A DNA stretch of 64,000 nucleotides, taken from assembly GCA_002269645.1 (NCBI GenBank), contig NIVC01003350.1, positions 7,888 through 71,887 of the forward strand, written 5' to 3'. A program made the translations under genes and the position numbers. This stretch comes from Macrostomum lignano (Eukaryota). Of the stretch, positions 60,601 through 64,000 are shown one piece after another. Under the pieces are notes generated by a model. The model was not told where the DNA came from and made no database searches. It saw only the letters and a list, made by a program, of their open reading frames with translations. Numbering within the stretch: position 1 is the first letter of the stretch; each line of letters begins with the position of its first letter.

Positions 60601-61887
60601 ATGCTAATGTAATTTTTAAAAATAATTCGGTATTTTTCAAAACAAGCAAATATGCTAATTAGTAGGTCTATATACCTGCTAGGGGCTTGCTTTCCTTTTG
60701 CGCACTAAGTGAGCTTGAGTTCTGCCTTTTTTGTTATTTTTCCGTGTCTTTCTGGCCGGCGTGCTTTTTTGGTGGGAAGTCTGCTTTCGAGGCCAAGCAG
60801 GTGTGGGCAAAGTTCAGTTGCTGAGCGAGCACCGACTTGGCTCGAATTTCGAATGTTTTTTGTTTGTGTGCGCTCCGCCACGTGGCTCCCGGTCTGGATT
60901 TGGTCGGGAAAAAAGTTTTTTATGAAGAATTTTTGACTCTCTAAATGAAAAAAAAAATTCGCACACATCAAGCCGTCTCCACCTGCATACCCGCTGATCA
61001 TAATTGGCGTTGCAGTTCAGAGGTAGCGAATTCCCTCTACTCGGATTCCGGCCAGTTCATAAATCTGGAATCCTTACTTTCTGATCCCATCTCACCAATC
61101 CTATCTCATCAATCCCCAATCCCATCTCATCAGTCCCCAATCCCATCTCATCAATCCCCAATCCCATCTCATCAATCCCCAATCCCATCTCATCAATCCC
61201 CAATCCCATCTCATCTGTCATCAATCCCATCTCATCAGTCCCCAATCCCATCTCATCAGTCCCCAATCCCATCTCATCAGTCCCCAATCCCATCTCACCA
61301 ATCCCCAATCCCATCTCATCAATCCCATCTCATTAATCCCATCTCATTAATCCCATCTCATTAATCCCATCTCATTAATCCCATCTCATTAATCCCACTC
61401 CCCCCCCGCAGGCAACGGAGCCCAGGACGAGTCGGACGCGGACTCCATTCGGCAGCAGCACCGCGGCAGCCGCGCCCGCATGCCGCTGGCCTTCGACCCG
61501 CCCAAGCGGAGCAGCAACGGCGACGGCAGCCTCGCCGGAGACGCCGAGGAGCTTCAGCAGCGGCAGCAGCACGGCAAGTCCGCCAGCCTGCCGCAGCAAC
61601 GGAACCGCCGAGCGGCCGGCCGCATGGAGGACCTCCTGGCCGCCTATCCGGACATTCTCGGACTGCGGCCAGCGCCGCTGAACCCGGGCCCGTCGCCGCC
61701 CAAGCTCTACCCGTACGAGGCGCTGCGCTGCCGGCCGCCGCCCAAGGACGCGGACCCGGCGCGTCTCGAGGAGCATCTGGACGAAGCCGAGTTCGCCAAG
61801 GTGTTTCGCGGCCTTCCCAAGCGGCAGTTCTGCCTGCTGCCGGAGTGGAAGAGAAACGATATGAAGAGAAAGGTGGGCCTGTTCTGA
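57673..61887 (+). CDS. ABLIM: Actin-binding LIM protein (abLIM/UNC-115-like): LIM domains, anchor motif, villin headpiece
   Basis: Exon 57673-58882 has two LIM domains (CIACQKRCKGEVLRV...HRDCFKC...YCPDDYQKLFGVRCRIC..YVTGEVITALGSTFHPRCF.C) and the motif LSLYPGGSKPD...PIERDNWPAP. Phase-1 splice to 61412-61887, ending in a VHP domain (LYPYEAL...DPARLEEHLDEAEFAKVF...F..LPEWKRNDMKRKVGLF*). Extra small exons in the intron cannot be excluded. Confidence 0.9.
58895..59250 (+). repeat. 33-bp minisatellite (catctgactggtcattgctctgctcattgggta) in abLIM intron
   Basis: Tandem copies begin just after the donor. Confidence 0.92.
59830..60478 (+). repeat. ~32-bp GC-rich minisatellite (gcagcggcccagaatggaggaccctgggggta) in abLIM intron
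   Basis: About 20 copies with variable G-run length. Confidence 0.95.
61080..61395 (+). repeat. 21-bp/14-bp minisatellite (aatccccaatcccatctcatc; aatcccatctcatt) running up to the abLIM acceptor
   Basis: Direct reading. Confidence 0.92.
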
Positions 61888-63819
61888 GTCTGAGCTGAGG
61901 TGCCGGCTCTGATCTGCTTGCCTGGTGACAGCTCTTGGCCAAGTGCGCCCTCAAGCCCTGCTTCCGCTCTCCCCCGTGCTTCCCCCGTTTTTCCGCCCCC
62001 CAGTTCCCATCATCCGCTCTCTACTTCCCCCGTTTTCCGCCCTCCAGTTCCCATCATCCGCTCTCCACTTCCTCCGTTTTCCCATATAATTTCGCAAAGC
62101 AGCTCAGAGCCCGCCGGGTGATTTTATTTTCTCTCCAGATATTATTTACTGCTGCCTACTTCGTCACTCAAACTGTTAATCGTATTAATGATAGCTATAA
62201 TAATCGCGGTATTACACTTTCTGCTTGTTCTGTTTCTGGCCTAACCGGTCTGTTTTACCCCAGACAGCTTCGGCCGCCGTCTCCCCGCCACATCTTGCTT
62301 TGATTAATGAATTGAAATTTTTAATTACGCGCGTAAGGCATTGCAATTGTTAATTAGCTGTACTGCGGCGTGCAAATTCTGTGAAATCAATTTTTTGTGA
62401 AATTATTTACGAATACTGCAATAGTTCTTTTCTGCAACGCGTTTCTGCTTTTCAGTTTCAGTTTTTTTTTCGATTTTTTTAACAACAAGATTTGGGTTGG
62501 GTTGGAACTGGCTGATGTTCCAACCGCGCTTTCGTTGCTTTGGGGAGCGTCACCCCACTGCCCGTGTCTACTAACTCAAGTATACAAAATAGAGCTGATA
62601 TACATGTGAAATGCACGCCTCAGATACGACTTTACGGCCCCTGAGTCGTTTCAGAATTGCAGACAATAAAATGCTCAAATTAACTCTTTAGGCGACTCTT
62701 TCGACAACTTTTTAGCGACTTGTACCGCGACATATTGTCGTTTTTAGGTCGTCTAGAGAGTCACTTCCTTACCTATTTTACCTGTGCAATCACTCTGGGA
62801 CGCTTCTTGGCCTGGCTGTCGTTTTCACCGGGATCACCTGTGCTATTCAACTTTCATATTTAGCTTTTGTGCATTACTGCTTTTTTGAAGCAGGAAAAAA
62901 ACTGAAAAAAAAATGTCTGTCAGTCTGCCTTTGGGAAACAGCTGCTTCTTCTGCTCACCTGTGTGTTTGTTTGTTGTACACAGCAGGCCGCTAACCCCCC
63001 CCCCCCTGATAATTAGTGCTGTACAGCTCTGTCTGTCGCATGCTGTGCTTTTTTAATCTCATAATTAACGCCTCTTTGTACACCTGTCCGTTTACCTTGC
63101 TTGTATTAATTGGATATAGAACTTACATCGAGCCCCTTTTGTCATTTTAACCCGGTCGCAGCATGGATATCTTCTGTTTGACCTGATTGAGTTTCACTAG
63201 ACAGTTGCTGATTGCAAATATTAATTATAGTAATTCTATAATGAAAATGAGGATTGCATTGTTCTGTTAATTGATTTTAAAATTCATCCTTTTTTGCTTA
63301 GATGTGCGATTTTTGTGCTTTGTATTGTTATTAATAATTTTTATCAATTTTTCCCTTCAGTTATGTAATCGTGGTGATTATGATTATTAATAATAATATG
63401 GCTAATAGTTGCTAACAAAGTTTTTATTGCTCGCCTCTCGCGATAGAAAGTTCATTTTGTACTTTGCATTAGCTTTATTACATTAGATAGAAAAGAAAAT
63501 AGATGCAGGTGCAATGGCTATAATTAGCTAATTAATTATTCGCACAATTAGTTGACTATGCGCAATGCGTTTTGCCTGACTGCGTTGCCTTTTATTCCCG
63601 TATGCGAATCAGCTTTGCTGCCTGCCAGGGTGCCAGCTTTGCAATAAACATCTACCTGTGACACCATCCTTTTTTGGGGCAATCAGTATCATACTCATAA
63701 TTAGAATAAATTATTGTCGATATTAACATCATATTTAAATATTTGTGCTTGCTACGGTAGCTAAACTTTTTTGGATGATTTTTTTTATTGTTTCTTTCTT
63801 ATGGTTGCTCATAGGGGAT

Positions 63820-64000
63820 TCACACTCTGTTTCACCTGGTGTTCAGGTGGGTTTCACACTCTGTTTCACCTGCTGTTCAGGTGGGATTCACACTCTGTTT
63901 CACCTGGTGTTCAGGTTGGATTCACTCTGTTTCACCTGGTGTTCAGGTGGGATTCACACTGTTTTACCTGATGTTCAGGTGGGATTCACTCTGTTTCACC
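63820..64000 (+). repeat. ~33-bp minisatellite (caggtgggattcacactctgtttcacctggtgtt), truncated by the window end
   Basis: Tandem copies with an internal CAGGTG/CACCTG inverted pair. Confidence 0.88.

Noticed and set aside
59808-60612. GPPFWAAATP-repeat ORFs; likewise the repeat ORFs at 9692-10211, 23778-24299, 27342-27660, 29814-30298, 47079-47434, 58961-59310 and 60945-61364
   Set aside because: All coincide with minisatellites, mostly intronic, and have no homology cues.

Overview
Eukaryotic (metazoan) genomic DNA with GT-AG spliced genes, GC-rich exons and AT-rich intergenic DNA. By rough summing of array lengths, about a quarter of the window is minisatellite. This resembles the flatworm Macrostomum lignano, but the species is my inference only. 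Spliced genes reconstructed by hand: a full-length bifunctional LARGE glycosyltransferase (+, 5 exons), three tandem secreted F-type (fucose-binding family) lectin paralogues (-), an RXR nuclear receptor (-, 3 exons), a PPM1H-like PP2C phosphatase (-, 9 exons) and an abLIM/UNC-115-like protein (+). Mobile DNA: a degenerate Ty3/gypsy element whose two LTRs do not match, a near-intact DD34D mariner, an HTH-only TIR element, a TTA-flanked MITE, Merlin and probable P-like transposase remnants, and tRNA-derived SINEs. The most novel-looking object is an intronless 78-aa gene at 18766-19002. It encodes a signal peptide, a strongly acidic pro-piece and a Trp/Arg-rich, Gly-terminated cationic peptide (KWFVRWRRRRWRFRFFR-G), a candidate new antimicrobial peptide next to the lectin cluster. 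All alignments and counts were done by eye; no database searches were run.
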